A DNA stretch of 64,000 bases from Chlamydiota bacterium (GCA_947494155.1 CANLTW010000001.1:32001-96000), one strand, 5' to 3'; positions 1 through 10,671 are shown, counted from the first letter of the stretch. A program made the numbers and translations. The notes: a model not told the origin generated them from the letters alone.

Positions 1-426
1 GAATTAGTGATTCTCCAGGATATGATTGCCAACAAAGCGTTAGAGGCCGGAAACGTGCTATCGTATAGAGAGCTCGAGATTTTTGAAACCCTAAAACCTT
101 TATTCATAGATTACAATCAAAAATGTCTAGACGTGTTCCTCGACACAAAAAAGGTTGTTTTAGAGCTTACCGATCTTCTGGAAGCGAGTTTTGGGGGACC
201 CGAGTTTGAACGGGTACGCAACATGGTGGAAATCACAGCGCACAAGGAGTACGAGTCAGATCTTCTACGACAGCGTTTGATGAAAGAGCTCTATGCAATA
301 AGTGCTCACGACAAAAATTTTACCCTTTTTTACCAGACAAATAAATTTATAGAGACCCTTGGCCAAATTGCTCACGTTTGCGAAGGGCTCGCATTGAAAA
401 TTCTTTTAACCCTAGATAAAAATTAA
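1..426 (+). CDS. DUF47/PhoU-like phosphate transport regulator (5'-truncated by window edge)
   Basis: Frame open from base 1; helical protein with 'EYESDLLRQRLMKELY' motif; stop overlaps the start of a PiT transporter, the usual DUF47-pit pairing. Confidence 0.8.
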   Translation, partial: ELVILQDMIANKALEAGNVLSYRELEIFETLKPLFIDYNQKCLDVFLDTKKVVLELTDLLEASFGGPEFERVRNMVEITAHKEYESDLLRQRLMKELYAISAHDKNFTLFYQTNKFIETLGQIAHVCEGLALKILLTLDKN

Positions 427-1847
427 TGCCTTTAGAAATTGCCTTTGTAGCTTTTGTCCTTATAGTTGGTTTTTACATGCTCTGGAACATCGGTGCAAAC
501 GATGTTGCAAACGCGATCGGAACCTCTGTGGGATCGGGCTCTTTGTCTATGAAAAAAGCGATTTTTGTTGCCGCTATTTTTGAGTTTTTAGGAGCGGCTT
601 TTTTTGGCTCTCATGTTTCAAAAACCATCCAGGGGGGGTTAATCGACTCCACCGACTTTATTACTGACCCCAACACGATTGTTGTGGGGATGTTAAGTGC
701 TCTGTTAGCTACTTCAATCTGTTTACAAGGGGCCAACTTAAAGGGCTGGCCTATCTCTACCACTCATGCTATTGTTGGGGCAATTGTGGGATTCGGCCTT
801 GTAGCAGGCGGATTGGATGCGGTTAACTGGGGAATTATCGGCGCCATCGTCTCAAGTTGGATTATCTCCCCATTGATAAGCGCCATCACGGCTTTTTTCT
901 TCTTCAAAATCGTACAAAAATACATCCTTTTTGCCCGACACCCGATTTTAGCAACAAAACGCCTCTTCCCATTTTTTGTTTTTATTGTGACTTTCACTTT
1001 TTTCACCACTATTCTGATGGGCCGATTTGAAGGGGACAACTCCTACCTTTATGCTTTTCTTATCTCCAGCTTTTTAGGAGTTCTATCTTTCATAGGATTG
1101 AGATTTTGGCGCCCCTCCTCTTCAGATGATTTTGAGGAGCAATCGGTGCATCAACAAAAACTCGAAAGCTTGCAAGAGGCATTAAAAAATCTCAAACTTG
1201 CACAACTCTTTGCTTCAGAATTCGAAAGCCCCGAAGTCCAGAAACTTGTGGATAAAACTAAAATGCTCACAAGGGAAGTGAGAAAAAAATCGAATATACG
1301 AAGCCCACTCACGCACGATTTCAACGTGGTGGAAAAACTCGTGAGCTTTTTACAAATTCTTTCTGCATGCTGTGTAGCCTTTGGACATGGAGCAAATGAT
1401 GTTGCGAACGCTGTGGGTCCGGTTGCCGCAATCTTTAAAATTCTCTACACCCCTGAATCCATCTCTAATCCAACACCAATCCCTTTCTGGCTTCTTGTTT
1501 TTGGCGGATTCGGTATTGTGATTGGGCTGGCTACTTTTGGCTGGCGCGTTATAGAAACCATCGGAAAAAAAATTACAGAGCTCACCCCGACAAGGGGTTT
1601 TTGTGCCGAATTCGGAGCCGCAGCCACAATTCTAGTTGCCTCAAAATTAGGGGTGCCTATCTCTACAACCCATTGCCTTGTTGGGGCTGTTTTAGGGGTC
1701 GGTTTTGCTAGAGGTCTTGCCGCTTTAAACCTCTCGATGATCAAGGATATCGGCTTTTCCTGGCTCATTACAGTACCGTCTAGCGCCTTTTTATCCATGG
1801 GGATTTTTCTTATTTTCCATCTTATAGCACAACAGTTCGGATTATAA
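426..1847 (+). CDS. pit: PiT-family inorganic phosphate transporter
   Basis: Two GANDVAN signature repeats, two P(I/V)STTH motifs, many TM segments. Confidence 0.95.
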   Translation: MPLEIAFVAFVLIVGFYMLWNIGANDVANAIGTSVGSGSLSMKKAIFVAAIFEFLGAAFFGSHVSKTIQGGLIDSTDFITDPNTIVVGMLSALLATSICLQGANLKGWPISTTHAIVGAIVGFGLVAGGLDAVNWGIIGAIVSSWIISPLISAITAFFFFKIVQKYILFARHPILATKRLFPFFVFIVTFTFFTTILMGRFEGDNSYLYAFLISSFLGVLSFIGLRFWRPSSSDDFEEQSVHQQKLESLQEALKNLKLAQLFASEFESPEVQKLVDKTKMLTREVRKKSNIRSPLTHDFNVVEKLVSFLQILSACCVAFGHGANDVANAVGPVAAIFKILYTPESISNPTPIPFWLLVFGGFGIVIGLATFGWRVIETIGKKITELTPTRGFCAEFGAAATILVASKLGVPISTTHCLVGAVLGVGFARGLAALNLSMIKDIGFSWLITVPSSAFLSMGIFLIFHLIAQQFGL

Positions 1848-1919
1848 TTTTTTTTACACTTATAGCTTGTTTTACCAAAAGAATTGGTTAAAAATCCCCA
1901 AATCCTTTAGTAGGGAAGA

Positions 1920-4499
1920 ATGAGCCCTTCAAAAGAAACAATCGCCAGCAACGTCCAACATATACGACAGGTTGCCCTAATAGAATTTGGACAACCATTT
2001 GAGGAACTTAGTATTCGGGAAAAGGCCGAGGTGATTGCAATCGCAGCTCGGGAAGAGGTGTTAGTACGCCAAGCTGCTACCCAAAAGACATACCAAAAAG
2101 AAAAACCAAAAAAGCTGTACTATCTATCTTTGGAATACCTCCCTGGCGTTTGGACTTTAATGAACGTAATAAATGTTCTTCAACTTGAGAATCTTAAGGA
2201 AGTGGCTAAAATCCTTAATTTTTCTATAAATGACCTCGAGGAGGCTTACATAGACCCAGCTCTAGGAAACGGTGGCCTGGGGAGACTAGCCTCCTGCTTT
2301 TTGGATTCGCTTGCCACCCTTAATATGCCTGCTATCGGCTACGGTCTGCTTTACGAGTACGGAATTTTTAAACAAGAGATCATTTACGGTACCCAAATCG
2401 AGACAGCAGAAACTTGGCTTGACAGACGAAACCCTTGGATTCGGTTTGATCCAAATAGTTCCGCAAAAGTCCAGTATAATGGAGATCTTCGCGAATCGAG
2501 AAACAAATCTGGAGAGGTAACGTACTCTCTAGCGAATTACGACGAGGTCAATGCCCAGTGCTTTAGTATCCCCACAGTTGGTTACGGGGAGTATGCAGGG
2601 GTAAATCTTCTGAAGCTTTTTTCGACCAAAGCTATTTCTTCAAACTTCAAAATTATCTCTTTTTCCGCTGGTGACCTAGCCGCAGCGACCAAGTTTACCC
2701 ACATCACCTCGGTTCTCTATCCGTCGGACGCTGTCGAGCTTGGGAAAGAGTACCGGCTCATGCAAGAGTACTTGCTCGTATCTGGTGCAATTCAAGATAT
2801 TTTCAGAGATTTTTTTAGCAATTATACTGATCTTTCCCTGATGAAAGATAAGGTCACTATTCAACTTAACGACACCCACCCGGCTATTGCCTGTGCAGAG
2901 CTCATAAGAGTTCTTGTTAGAGAGTATCACACAACGATTCCCTTAGCATGGGATATCGCCTCTCACTGCCTAAACTATACAAATCACACTATATTGCAAG
3001 AGGCTTTGGAAAAGTGGGACGAGCCCCTTTTTAGAAGGCTTCTACCTCGCCAGCTCAGAGCAATAGAATTAATCAATCAATTTATCTGTGACCAAGTACG
3101 CCAAAAATTCCCCTATAACGAGGATTTGATTCGTCAAATCTCGATTATTCAGGACAATAAAATACACATGGCAAGACTTTGTTGCCATGTCTGCAATAAA
3201 ATTAACGGTGTTGCAAAGCTCCACTCCGAACTAATCAAAGAGACTATCTTTAAACCTTTTGCTAAGCTCTATCCAGCTAAATTCACCAATGTTACGAATG
3301 GGGTAACCTTCAGACGCTGGGCTTTAAAATGTAATCCAGCACTAGCCAAATTTTTTGATGATATGATCGGCCCAGGATGGGTTACAGACTACAAAAAATT
3401 TACTGAACTCAGAAAATTTGCTAATGACCCCCAAACTAAATCCCGATTTGCCGCCATCAAGGAGGAGGCTAAAGCCAACCTGCTCCAGTATTTAGCCAAG
3501 AACCGTATGAAAAAAGAAGGGAGTGATGATGCACTATGGGCAAACGTATTTCATCAAAACAAAGTGCCCGAAAAAGGGGTCTTTTTTGACTTGCAAATCA
3601 AAAGATTACACGAGTACAAGCGGCAGATGATGAATGCCTTGCACTTGATGCTTTTGATGAAAGAGATCAAGGAAAAATCCTACATCCCCCCCGTAAAAAA
3701 ATTCTCTATTTTTGCCGGCAAATCGGCCGCCTCGTATACCTTGATGAAGGATTTGATACGTCTTATTTGTGCCATTTCCAGACATATCAATAATGACTCG
3801 GACGTGAGCGCCCATCTAAAATGTATTTTTGTTCCAAACTATAATGTTAGCCTTGCCGAAAAACTCATACCTGCTGCCGATACCTCCCAACAAATCTCGA
3901 CTGCTGGATTCGAAGCCTCGGGAACCTCTTTATTTAAGTTTTGCCTTAATGGCGGACTTCTAGTGGGAACTTTGGATGGGGCTACCATAGAGCTCAAAGA
4001 GGAGGTAGGAGAAGCCTACTTCCCATTCATTTTTGGCGCTACAAAAGATGAGATTTTTGACAAGATTGCCAACCACAGCTATCACCCCCAAACACTTGTC
4101 AATGAGAATCCCCAGATCCGCTGGTTGATCGACACCCTACGCTCCGATTTACTAGCGTCCTATCCGGAGGAACGTGAAGCATTTTCTCGAATTGCAAATT
4201 ATCTGGAAAATTCGGATAGCTACTTCACCCTTCTCGATCTCCCTCACTACCATGAGATGCAAAAAGAGTGTCTCAAAGCCTACTGCGATAAAGATAAATG
4301 GAACCATCTTGCACTTATGAATATTGCAGGGGTAGGAAACTTCTCCTCTGATAGAAGTATTGAAGATTATGCCAAAGAAATTTGGGATATAAAAAGTGTA
4401 CCGATGGATAAAAATATTCTTTCAGGGATCAGGGACATTTTTGTGTTTAACGACAAATGTTCTATCGATCTCAACATCTTTAAAGATGTCAAGGATTGA
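1920..4499 (+). CDS. glgP: Glycogen phosphorylase
   Basis: LGNGGLGRLASCFLDS, QLNDTHP, KRLHEYKRQ, EASGTxxxK (PLP lysine), FSSDRSI motifs. Confidence 0.97.
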   Translation: MSPSKETIASNVQHIRQVALIEFGQPFEELSIREKAEVIAIAAREEVLVRQAATQKTYQKEKPKKLYYLSLEYLPGVWTLMNVINVLQLENLKEVAKILNFSINDLEEAYIDPALGNGGLGRLASCFLDSLATLNMPAIGYGLLYEYGIFKQEIIYGTQIETAETWLDRRNPWIRFDPNSSAKVQYNGDLRESRNKSGEVTYSLANYDEVNAQCFSIPTVGYGEYAGVNLLKLFSTKAISSNFKIISFSAGDLAAATKFTHITSVLYPSDAVELGKEYRLMQEYLLVSGAIQDIFRDFFSNYTDLSLMKDKVTIQLNDTHPAIACAELIRVLVREYHTTIPLAWDIASHCLNYTNHTILQEALEKWDEPLFRRLLPRQLRAIELINQFICDQVRQKFPYNEDLIRQISIIQDNKIHMARLCCHVCNKINGVAKLHSELIKETIFKPFAKLYPAKFTNVTNGVTFRRWALKCNPALAKFFDDMIGPGWVTDYKKFTELRKFANDPQTKSRFAAIKEEAKANLLQYLAKNRMKKEGSDDALWANVFHQNKVPEKGVFFDLQIKRLHEYKRQMMNALHLMLLMKEIKEKSYIPPVKKFSIFAGKSAASYTLMKDLIRLICAISRHINNDSDVSAHLKCIFVPNYNVSLAEKLIPAADTSQQISTAGFEASGTSLFKFCLNGGLLVGTLDGATIELKEEVGEAYFPFIFGATKDEIFDKIANHSYHPQTLVNENPQIRWLIDTLRSDLLASYPEEREAFSRIANYLENSDSYFTLLDLPHYHEMQKECLKAYCDKDKWNHLALMNIAGVGNFSSDRSIEDYAKEIWDIKSVPMDKNILSGIRDIFVFNDKCSIDLNIFKDVKD

Positions 4500-5196
4500 T
4501 TTCCCATCTATTTTTAATCGCCTCGATCAACCCTTCCTTATTCATCCTCTCCAACTCATTAAATACTTGGGCGATCTTCTCGTTCGTATTTAATCCGATA
4601 AAGCTGAAATTGCGGTCGGTTATCTCCTGTTTGTGAATAGTAAAATCTGTTTCAAAAAGCCTAAAGAATCCAACAGGTGCCAGCAATGCAGAGCAACTCG
4701 ATTTCGAGAGTTGCAAAAAACCATCCCTTTCATCGATGTAGAAGCCAAAATCGACCCTGGGATATCTGGCAATCAATACGGTCGCCTCTTCATTATTAAG
4801 TAAAAGAACTCGTCTCGTATCTAAATCTTTTAATCCTCTTCTATCCTCTTTATTTGTAACAAGGTAGTAGCCGTTGTATAAAAGCGGTTCCGAGAATCGG
4901 AATTGCTTTTTCATCATGATCGACTGATGCAAATCGGAAAAAATAAGATCCACCTTTTTTTTGATCAAAAGGTCTTGCAGAGACTCTGGGAATGCAGGAA
5001 CAAGCTCCACCGAAAACCCCAATTTTTTTTCTAAGTGGAGGAGAATTTCGTCAAAAAAACCCTTCATTCGTACCGTCTGCATCGTTTGCGAAAAATATCC
5101 TGAATCAAAAGCTACCCTTATTGGAGGGGCATTTTTTGTCCCGGAACAACTATAAAAAGAAAAAAAAACAAGAGAAAACAGGATGGCTCTAAACAT
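4489..5196 (-). CDS. Amino-acid ABC transporter substrate-binding lipoprotein (SBP family 3, FliY/GlnH-like)
   Basis: Signal peptide with Cys (FYSC); 'GFFDEIL..L.KKLG', 'FSEPLL', and C-terminal 'ELERMNKEGLIEAIKNRW' typical of family 3 SBPs. Confidence 0.7.
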   Translation of the reverse strand: MFRAILFSLVFFSFYSCSGTKNAPPIRVAFDSGYFSQTMQTVRMKGFFDEILLHLEKKLGFSVELVPAFPESLQDLLIKKKVDLIFSDLHQSIMMKKQFRFSEPLLYNGYYLVTNKEDRRGLKDLDTRRVLLLNNEEATVLIARYPRVDFGFYIDERDGFLQLSKSSCSALLAPVGFFRLFETDFTIHKQEITDRNFSFIGLNTNEKIAQVFNELERMNKEGLIEAIKNRWEINP

Positions 5197-5340
5197 GTCT
5201 TAAAGTATACGACAAACCGATTTAACCTTACATGTCAATCAACTGTTGCATAATAAATCAAAACAGATCAAATGAGAAAAAATCGAGATGGTGTTAAACT
5301 ATCCATCGCCATATTCGAGAAAAAGTATTTGGAGATAAGA

Positions 5341-6213
5341 ATGAAGCCACGCCTTTATAGATTTTTGCACCTCTTTCTCTTCCTTTTTCTTTTAGGTTGT
5401 GACAACAAAAACGAAATCGTTTCTAACCTTGATGAAAGAGAAGCTAATTTAATTGTAGTTTTTTTAGAGAGTAAAGGGATCTCTGCAACCAAGGAGATGA
5501 TGCCCATTGCTGCTGGTGCTGATGGGGGTGCTACAGCTAAATATAACATTGTCGCCTCTCGCGAAAAAGCAATCGAAGCGATGACATTGCTCAATCAAAA
5601 TGGTTTACCAAAAAGAGTCGGTCCTAACCTTCTCGAACTGTTTGCTCCTTCCGGTTTGATGACTTCAGATAAACAAGAAACTATTCGTTATCAGGCGGGC
5701 CTTGCACAACAAATCCAAAATACGATCATGATGATTGATGGGGTAATTGATGTTTCTGTGCAAATCTCTTTCCCCCCTGCTGAGGCCACAGAACCAACAA
5801 ATCGCATTACTGCAGCCGTTTTCGTAAAACACCAAGGGATTATCGACGATCCCAACAGCCACCTCGAATCCAAAATCAAACGACTTGTTTCAGGTAGCGT
5901 GAACGGACTGGAGATCAACGATGTTACCGTAGTTTCCGATCGCTCAAGGCTAAATGATATTTCGACTGTTTCAGATCAGGGAAAGTTTGCACAAGATTTT
6001 GTCCAAGTCTGGTCAATCACCATGACAAAAAGATCCTTGGGAGTATTCAGATTCATTTTTGGGTTTCTTCTAACTTTGTTTGTCCTCTCCTTGTCTCTTC
6101 TTGGCTGGATCCTTTACAAAGTCTATCCTCTTATTCGCGATAACGGCGGTTTTAAAGAACTTTTGATCCCCCTCCCCGTGATAAAAAAGAAAGAGGAGTC
6201 GCCCCATCAATAG
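5341..6213 (+). CDS. sctJ: T3SS inner-membrane ring lipoprotein SctJ/CdsJ
   Basis: Lipobox LLGC; 'LDEREAN.IVVFLESKGI', 'IDGVIDVSVQIS', C-terminal TM; start moved to the ATG at 5341, which follows a GGAG SD. Confidence 0.95.
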   Translation: MKPRLYRFLHLFLFLFLLGCDNKNEIVSNLDEREANLIVVFLESKGISATKEMMPIAAGADGGATAKYNIVASREKAIEAMTLLNQNGLPKRVGPNLLELFAPSGLMTSDKQETIRYQAGLAQQIQNTIMMIDGVIDVSVQISFPPAEATEPTNRITAAVFVKHQGIIDDPNSHLESKIKRLVSGSVNGLEINDVTVVSDRSRLNDISTVSDQGKFAQDFVQVWSITMTKRSLGVFRFIFGFLLTLFVLSLSLLGWILYKVYPLIRDNGGFKELLIPLPVIKKKEESPHQ

Positions 6214-6841
6214 AGAACTTTTAACCCTTAAATGGTTACTGGGGCGCGATGAGGGCCCCTTAAAGTTTTTAGACGAGTCCACAAGAAAGGAGCTTAAAAT
6301 GCTGCCGATTATGGAACACACCCCACCCACACCCTACGATTTGATGGATCTGGAACCTTTGCAAAAAGAATTTTTTATCAAAATGCAACCCCATCTCCCC
6401 TCACCCTACTTTCTGACCAAAGATCCCTTAAACCGTTTAATCACCCTATCTGAAGAGCAACTACATCTCATTTGCCGCTTTTTAGGCCTTTATGATCTCT
6501 TTGACGAAATAAAACATGTCGTGCGCACCGACATCTTCCAGTCCCTCAAACAGTCTCTGTCACTCAAAGAGCTCCAATTTCTGGAGTCATGCCGCTCACA
6601 GGAAAATCCGGTACAACTCCCAAGCATGCACATCAACGCTTGGGATCTTAAAAAAGAGAGCCTAGATAGAGCCCTTTTTGACAGGGGAAAAACACGATTA
6701 AGAGGGGCGCTATCTACAGCTTATGAGACTCTCTTTTCCTTTATCCCCGCCATCTTTATGCCTCCACAGAAGAAACCCCAAAAAGAGATAACTGACATCC
6801 TTCTCAAACAACTCGAAACCGTTCTAAATAGGGCTTTATAA
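6206..6841 (+). CDS. T3SS sorting-platform protein SctK-like (positional equivalent of CT560)
   Basis: Lies between sctJ and sctL; 'LICRFLGLYDL..EIKHVV' motif; start uncertain (ATG 6299 or ATC 6206, frame open from 6185). Confidence 0.65.
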   Translation: MNRELLTLKWLLGRDEGPLKFLDESTRKELKMLPIMEHTPPTPYDLMDLEPLQKEFFIKMQPHLPSPYFLTKDPLNRLITLSEEQLHLICRFLGLYDLFDEIKHVVRTDIFQSLKQSLSLKELQFLESCRSQENPVQLPSMHINAWDLKKESLDRALFDRGKTRLRGALSTAYETLFSFIPAIFMPPQKKPQKEITDILLKQLETVLNRAL

Positions 6842-6842
6842 C

Positions 6843-7463
6843 ATGTTGCAAATCTCCAAACAGCGCCCATTTAAAATCCAAGAGGGGCAAAAAATTATCA
6901 GCCATAAGGAATGGCAAGAGCTTTTAACTCTCGATCGGTTAATTCTACAAGCGGAAAAAGAGCTTAAAGAGGCTCATGAACAGCTCGCTTTAGATCGTAT
7001 AGAAGAGGAAAAAAAGGGGTTTTCAGAAGGGTTTGAAAAAGGGGAGCACACCTTTTTTGCCCATTTAAAACTTTTTGAAGAGAAACTCCGTGAATTGCGT
7101 TTGGAAATGCAAAGATCTGTACTCCCTTTGGTTGTTAAAACAACAAAAAAAATTGTTGCAAAAGAGCTTGAAATCGCACCCGAAACTATTGTGGATATTG
7201 TCAACGATGCCATAAAACCGGTTCTGACGTCGAAAGTAGTCCGCATTTTTGTGCGCAAAGAAGATTTTGCAATGCTCGAAAAAGAGAAGCCCCACATCAA
7301 GGCCCTTTTTGAGGCAGCCGAATCTTTCACAATTGGCATGAAAGAGGATTTAGAACCCGGATCTTGCCTCATTGAAACCGATAAAGGGGTGATCAACTCC
7401 ACCATAGATCTAAAAATTAAAGCACTAGAATCCGCATTTGAACGATTTGGACCCCCCACATGA
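6843..7463 (+). CDS. sctL: T3SS stator SctL/CdsL (FliH/YscL family)
   Basis: 'KKGFSEGFEKG' GxxxG repeats; 'LEPGSCLIETDKGVINSTID'; operon position. Confidence 0.92.
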   Translation: MLQISKQRPFKIQEGQKIISHKEWQELLTLDRLILQAEKELKEAHEQLALDRIEEEKKGFSEGFEKGEHTFFAHLKLFEEKLRELRLEMQRSVLPLVVKTTKKIVAKELEIAPETIVDIVNDAIKPVLTSKVVRIFVRKEDFAMLEKEKPHIKALFEAAESFTIGMKEDLEPGSCLIETDKGVINSTIDLKIKALESAFERFGPPT

Positions 7464-8194
7464 ATCTTCTGACCCTATTACCCTACTTACCTATGCTAGC
7501 GACCGACGCGGCTACAGAGCCTATGACAAGCGCTACCGTTGTCACAAGAATGGTCATCATCGCAGGGCTGGCCCTTTTGCCATTCGCGGTGATGCTTCTC
7601 ACTTCCTTTACCAAAATGGTGGTTGTCCTATCGCTGCTTAGGCAAGCGATAGGAGTACAACAAGCTCCCCCAAACCAGGTGATCAATGGGATGGCTATTT
7701 TAATGTCTATTTATGTGATGTTTCCCACGGGTTTACAAATGTACCAGGAATCGAGTAGCTTTATCCAAAATCAACCTAGAACCGAGCTTTTCTCGTCCGA
7801 ATCGGCCCTGTTTATCGAGAAAGTCGCAAGTGTGGCTAAAGAACCCTTGCGAAAATTTTTGCAAAAAAACACGAATAAATCCCACATCACAACATTCTAT
7901 AAACTCGCCCTTTCCAAATTTCCCCAAGAGTATAAAAAATCACTTGCTAATTCCGATTTTATTGTTTTGATTCCCGCCTACATTACTTCACAGCTCAAGG
8001 GTGCTTTTGAAATTGGTGTGTTGATTTATCTCCCTTTTTTTGTGATCGATCTTGTCACCTCAAACATCCTTTTAGCGATGGGTATGATGATGCTTTCCCC
8101 ATTAACGATCGCTTTACCCCTAAAGCTCCTTTTATTAGTCATGGTGGATGGCTGGACGTTGATTATCCAAGGAATCGTTCAAACCTATAAGTAA
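7460..8194 (+). CDS. sctR: T3SS export apparatus SctR
   Basis: 'LTSFTKMVVVLSLLRQAIGVQQAPPNQV', 'AFEIGVLIYLPFFVIDL', 'LPLKLLLLVMVDGW'. Confidence 0.97.
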   Translation: MNLLTLLPYLPMLATDAATEPMTSATVVTRMVIIAGLALLPFAVMLLTSFTKMVVVLSLLRQAIGVQQAPPNQVINGMAILMSIYVMFPTGLQMYQESSSFIQNQPRTELFSSESALFIEKVASVAKEPLRKFLQKNTNKSHITTFYKLALSKFPQEYKKSLANSDFIVLIPAYITSQLKGAFEIGVLIYLPFFVIDLVTSNILLAMGMMMLSPLTIALPLKLLLLVMVDGWTLIIQGIVQTYK

Positions 8195-8209
8195 GAGATA
8201 AGAGGCTCA

Positions 8210-8479
8210 ATGTTTCAATCAGAGATCTACCAACTAAGCTATCAAGCCCTTCTATTAATCCTTATTCTCTCAGGACCCCCGATCTTTATAAGTATGATTT
8301 TAGGTCTTGTTGTTGCCATATTCCAAGCAGCCACACAAATCCAAGAACAAACCCTCTCTTTTACTGTAAAGCTTATTGCTGTGATGTTTACTCTGATGTT
8401 TATGGGGGGTATGCTTAGCTCGCAAATAACTCAGTTCACTTACACTATTTTACAAAACTTTCCCAAATGGAATGGATAG
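8210..8479 (+). CDS. sctS: T3SS export apparatus SctS
   Basis: 'GLVVAIFQAATQIQEQTLSFTVKL', 89 aa. Confidence 0.97.
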   Translation: MFQSEIYQLSYQALLLILILSGPPIFISMILGLVVAIFQAATQIQEQTLSFTVKLIAVMFTLMFMGGMLSSQITQFTYTILQNFPKWNG

Positions 8480-9270
8480 ACCCCTACTCATGGCTGCAAA
8501 TTCTGCAGATGTATCTGCTAGTTCTCTGCAGGCTTGCCCCAGTGATTGCGTTCACCCCTTTTTTAGGGGGAAAGATTGTTCCTGCGACAGCAAGGGCTGG
8601 CCTTTTAATTTTTTTAGGCATCCTTTTTTTACCCTACTCCGGATTGAATACGCCCCCTGATGAATCCGCTACATTCTTTACTGCCTTTTACGCTCTCAAA
8701 GAAATTTTCATAGGATTTGTGATCAGCTTTTTTGCCTCAATACCCTTTTTTGTAGCCCAATCTGCAGGGATCATTATCGATTTTGCCAGAGGATCTTCAC
8801 AGCTTATGGCTCAAGACCCCACCTTGCAAAACCAGGCCTCTCCCTTAGGGATCATGTTCAATTATGTACTGATTGCCCTTTTTTTCATGATCAAGGGGCC
8901 CGAACATTTTTTTGAAGCACTTGCACTCTCCTTTGAGAAATTTCCCCTTCTAGGGACCTTGGCACCAGAATTTACACAACTTAAATCTAGTCTTTGGGTA
9001 GCTATGTCCTCCATAATCCAGGTCGTATTTACCCTCTCTTTAAAACTTGCATCCCCTGCGATTATTGCTATTTTAATGGCAGAAATGTTTCTTGGAATTG
9101 CAAATAGGCTCGCCCCACAAGTACAAATCGCTTTTTTAGGGATGCCACTAAAATCTTTCTTAGGTCTTTTACTATTGTTTGTGGGTTGGTTTGCGATTTT
9201 AGGTGATATGAAGGAGCTTTCTGAACAAATGCTTCAACAAATAGAAGCTTTTTTTGCAAAATCCTCCTAA
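8467..9270 (+). CDS. sctT: T3SS export apparatus SctT
   Basis: 'AGIIIDFARG', 'LGIANRLAPQVQIAFLGMPLK'; hydrophobic; follows sctS. Confidence 0.95.
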   Translation: MEWIDPYSWLQILQMYLLVLCRLAPVIAFTPFLGGKIVPATARAGLLIFLGILFLPYSGLNTPPDESATFFTAFYALKEIFIGFVISFFASIPFFVAQSAGIIIDFARGSSQLMAQDPTLQNQASPLGIMFNYVLIALFFMIKGPEHFFEALALSFEKFPLLGTLAPEFTQLKSSLWVAMSSIIQVVFTLSLKLASPAIIAILMAEMFLGIANRLAPQVQIAFLGMPLKSFLGLLLLFVGWFAILGDMKELSEQMLQQIEAFFAKSS

Positions 9271-9430
9271 AAGAAAATCGATAAAACAATTTTTCTTTCA
9301 TTGTTTCAAAAACCGTTTAAATACTCTTAGAGGGCGAATATTTAATAAAATAACAATATTAAAAATCAACGAAAAAAATCAAAACCATTCTCTAAGTATA
9401 GTTACAAACCATTTTTTTTTGGTTATCCTG

Positions 9431-9460
9431 TTGACAGTATTTTAACAACCGTACTAAGCT
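9431..9460 (+). promoter_or_regulatory. Sigma70/sigma66-type promoter of the first porin gene
   Basis: TTGACA (9431-9436), 18-nt spacer, TAAGCT (9455-9460); GGGAGA SD before ATG 9515. Confidence 0.65.
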
Positions 9461-9514
9461 ACACTTACGCATTAATATTTAAGGCTTCAAACATATTTAA
9501 AGGGAGAACTTATA

Positions 9515-10651
9515 ATGGAACTCAACTTTCGCAAGTTGTGGACTGTTCTAGGGGTTGCATGTTTAAGTGCTAACCTCGCAGCAGCGCCCGCTTCAAGCAG
9601 CGGCTCATCCTCTTCATCCACTCAGATGAGTAACACCGACCAATCAATGATGGCTTCTGGGCTAATGTACGCCGGACCTCAACTCGGTGAAGACGCAACA
9701 GGTATTTCACTTGGTGCAGATTACATTCTTTGGCAAGTAGTCCAAGAGGGTCTAGAATTCACAGCCGGAAATGTTTACCCTACAGGAACCAATGCAGCTT
9801 TGCAAGGGGGGACTAACTTTCCTAAATTCAGACTCTTGAACGGCTTCAAAGTACACGGTCAAGTAACAATCGCAGAGTGTGATGATGTAGATCTTTTCCT
9901 CCAGTACATCTGGTTGCAAAGATCTTCTGGAACGAACTCAGGTACAGGTGCTACAACTGTCTATCCTCTAATGATTATAGATTTTGATGATTCCATTTCA
10001 TCCTCAGATAGCGTCTCCTCCTGGGCAAGCTCCTTTAAAACCTCTTACAACGTTATCGACCTAGAAATGGGCCGTCTTACTTCGATTGCTAAAGATTCAT
10101 TTAGTCTTAGACCTTTCTGGGGTATTAGAGGTGTTTGGAACAACCATACATGGGTAGCTTCTTGGGTTGGGACAGTTTCTGGAACACAAAGCATCACCTA
10201 TTCACTCAACTCTTACCAAAACACAAGTGGTGCAGGTGTAAGAGGTGGATTTGATCTTGCATGGCAATTCTTTGCTAACAGCGAATATTTCGGTGGTCTA
10301 AAAATCATCGGGATGACAGCTCTTTCAGGTGTTTATGGACGCACTTATGTGAATACATTAACAGGACAAGCTCCAACTGCTTCACAAACAAACACAGGTG
10401 GTCAAGTTTTCTACAGCAACCGCACATCTTTAAATAGAATGGTTCCTGTTGTTGATCTATCTATCGGTCTAAGCTGGAACATGAGTTTTGGCGGTGAAAG
10501 AGATAACGACTACAATGTTGAAATCCACGCTCTTTGGGATACACAATCCTGGATTGGGTATGGAAGACACTTTACAGCGTTTTGGGCACCACGTGGTCCA
10601 CAAAACCTCACTGTACAAGGTTTCACAATTGGTGCAGAACTCGCATTCTAA
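9515..10651 (+). CDS. Outer-membrane beta-barrel, Legionella MOMP-like (Lpg1974-type) porin
   Basis: Signal peptide, Ser-rich N-terminus, 'GADYILWQ', 'YNVIDLEMGR', 'LRPFWGIRG', C-terminal beta-signal 'LTVQGFTIGAELAF'. Confidence 0.8.
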   Translation: MELNFRKLWTVLGVACLSANLAAAPASSSGSSSSSTQMSNTDQSMMASGLMYAGPQLGEDATGISLGADYILWQVVQEGLEFTAGNVYPTGTNAALQGGTNFPKFRLLNGFKVHGQVTIAECDDVDLFLQYIWLQRSSGTNSGTGATTVYPLMIIDFDDSISSSDSVSSWASSFKTSYNVIDLEMGRLTSIAKDSFSLRPFWGIRGVWNNHTWVASWVGTVSGTQSITYSLNSYQNTSGAGVRGGFDLAWQFFANSEYFGGLKIIGMTALSGVYGRTYVNTLTGQAPTASQTNTGGQVFYSNRTSLNRMVPVVDLSIGLSWNMSFGGERDNDYNVEIHALWDTQSWIGYGRHFTAFWAPRGPQNLTVQGFTIGAELAF

Positions 10652-10671
10652 TTGTTGGATTGCTTCCAGAA

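Noticed and set aside
5341..9270. T3SS genes as a pathogenicity island
   Set aside because: sctJ-K-L-R-S-T is a core, vertically inherited cluster in Chlamydiae; no mobility genes nearby
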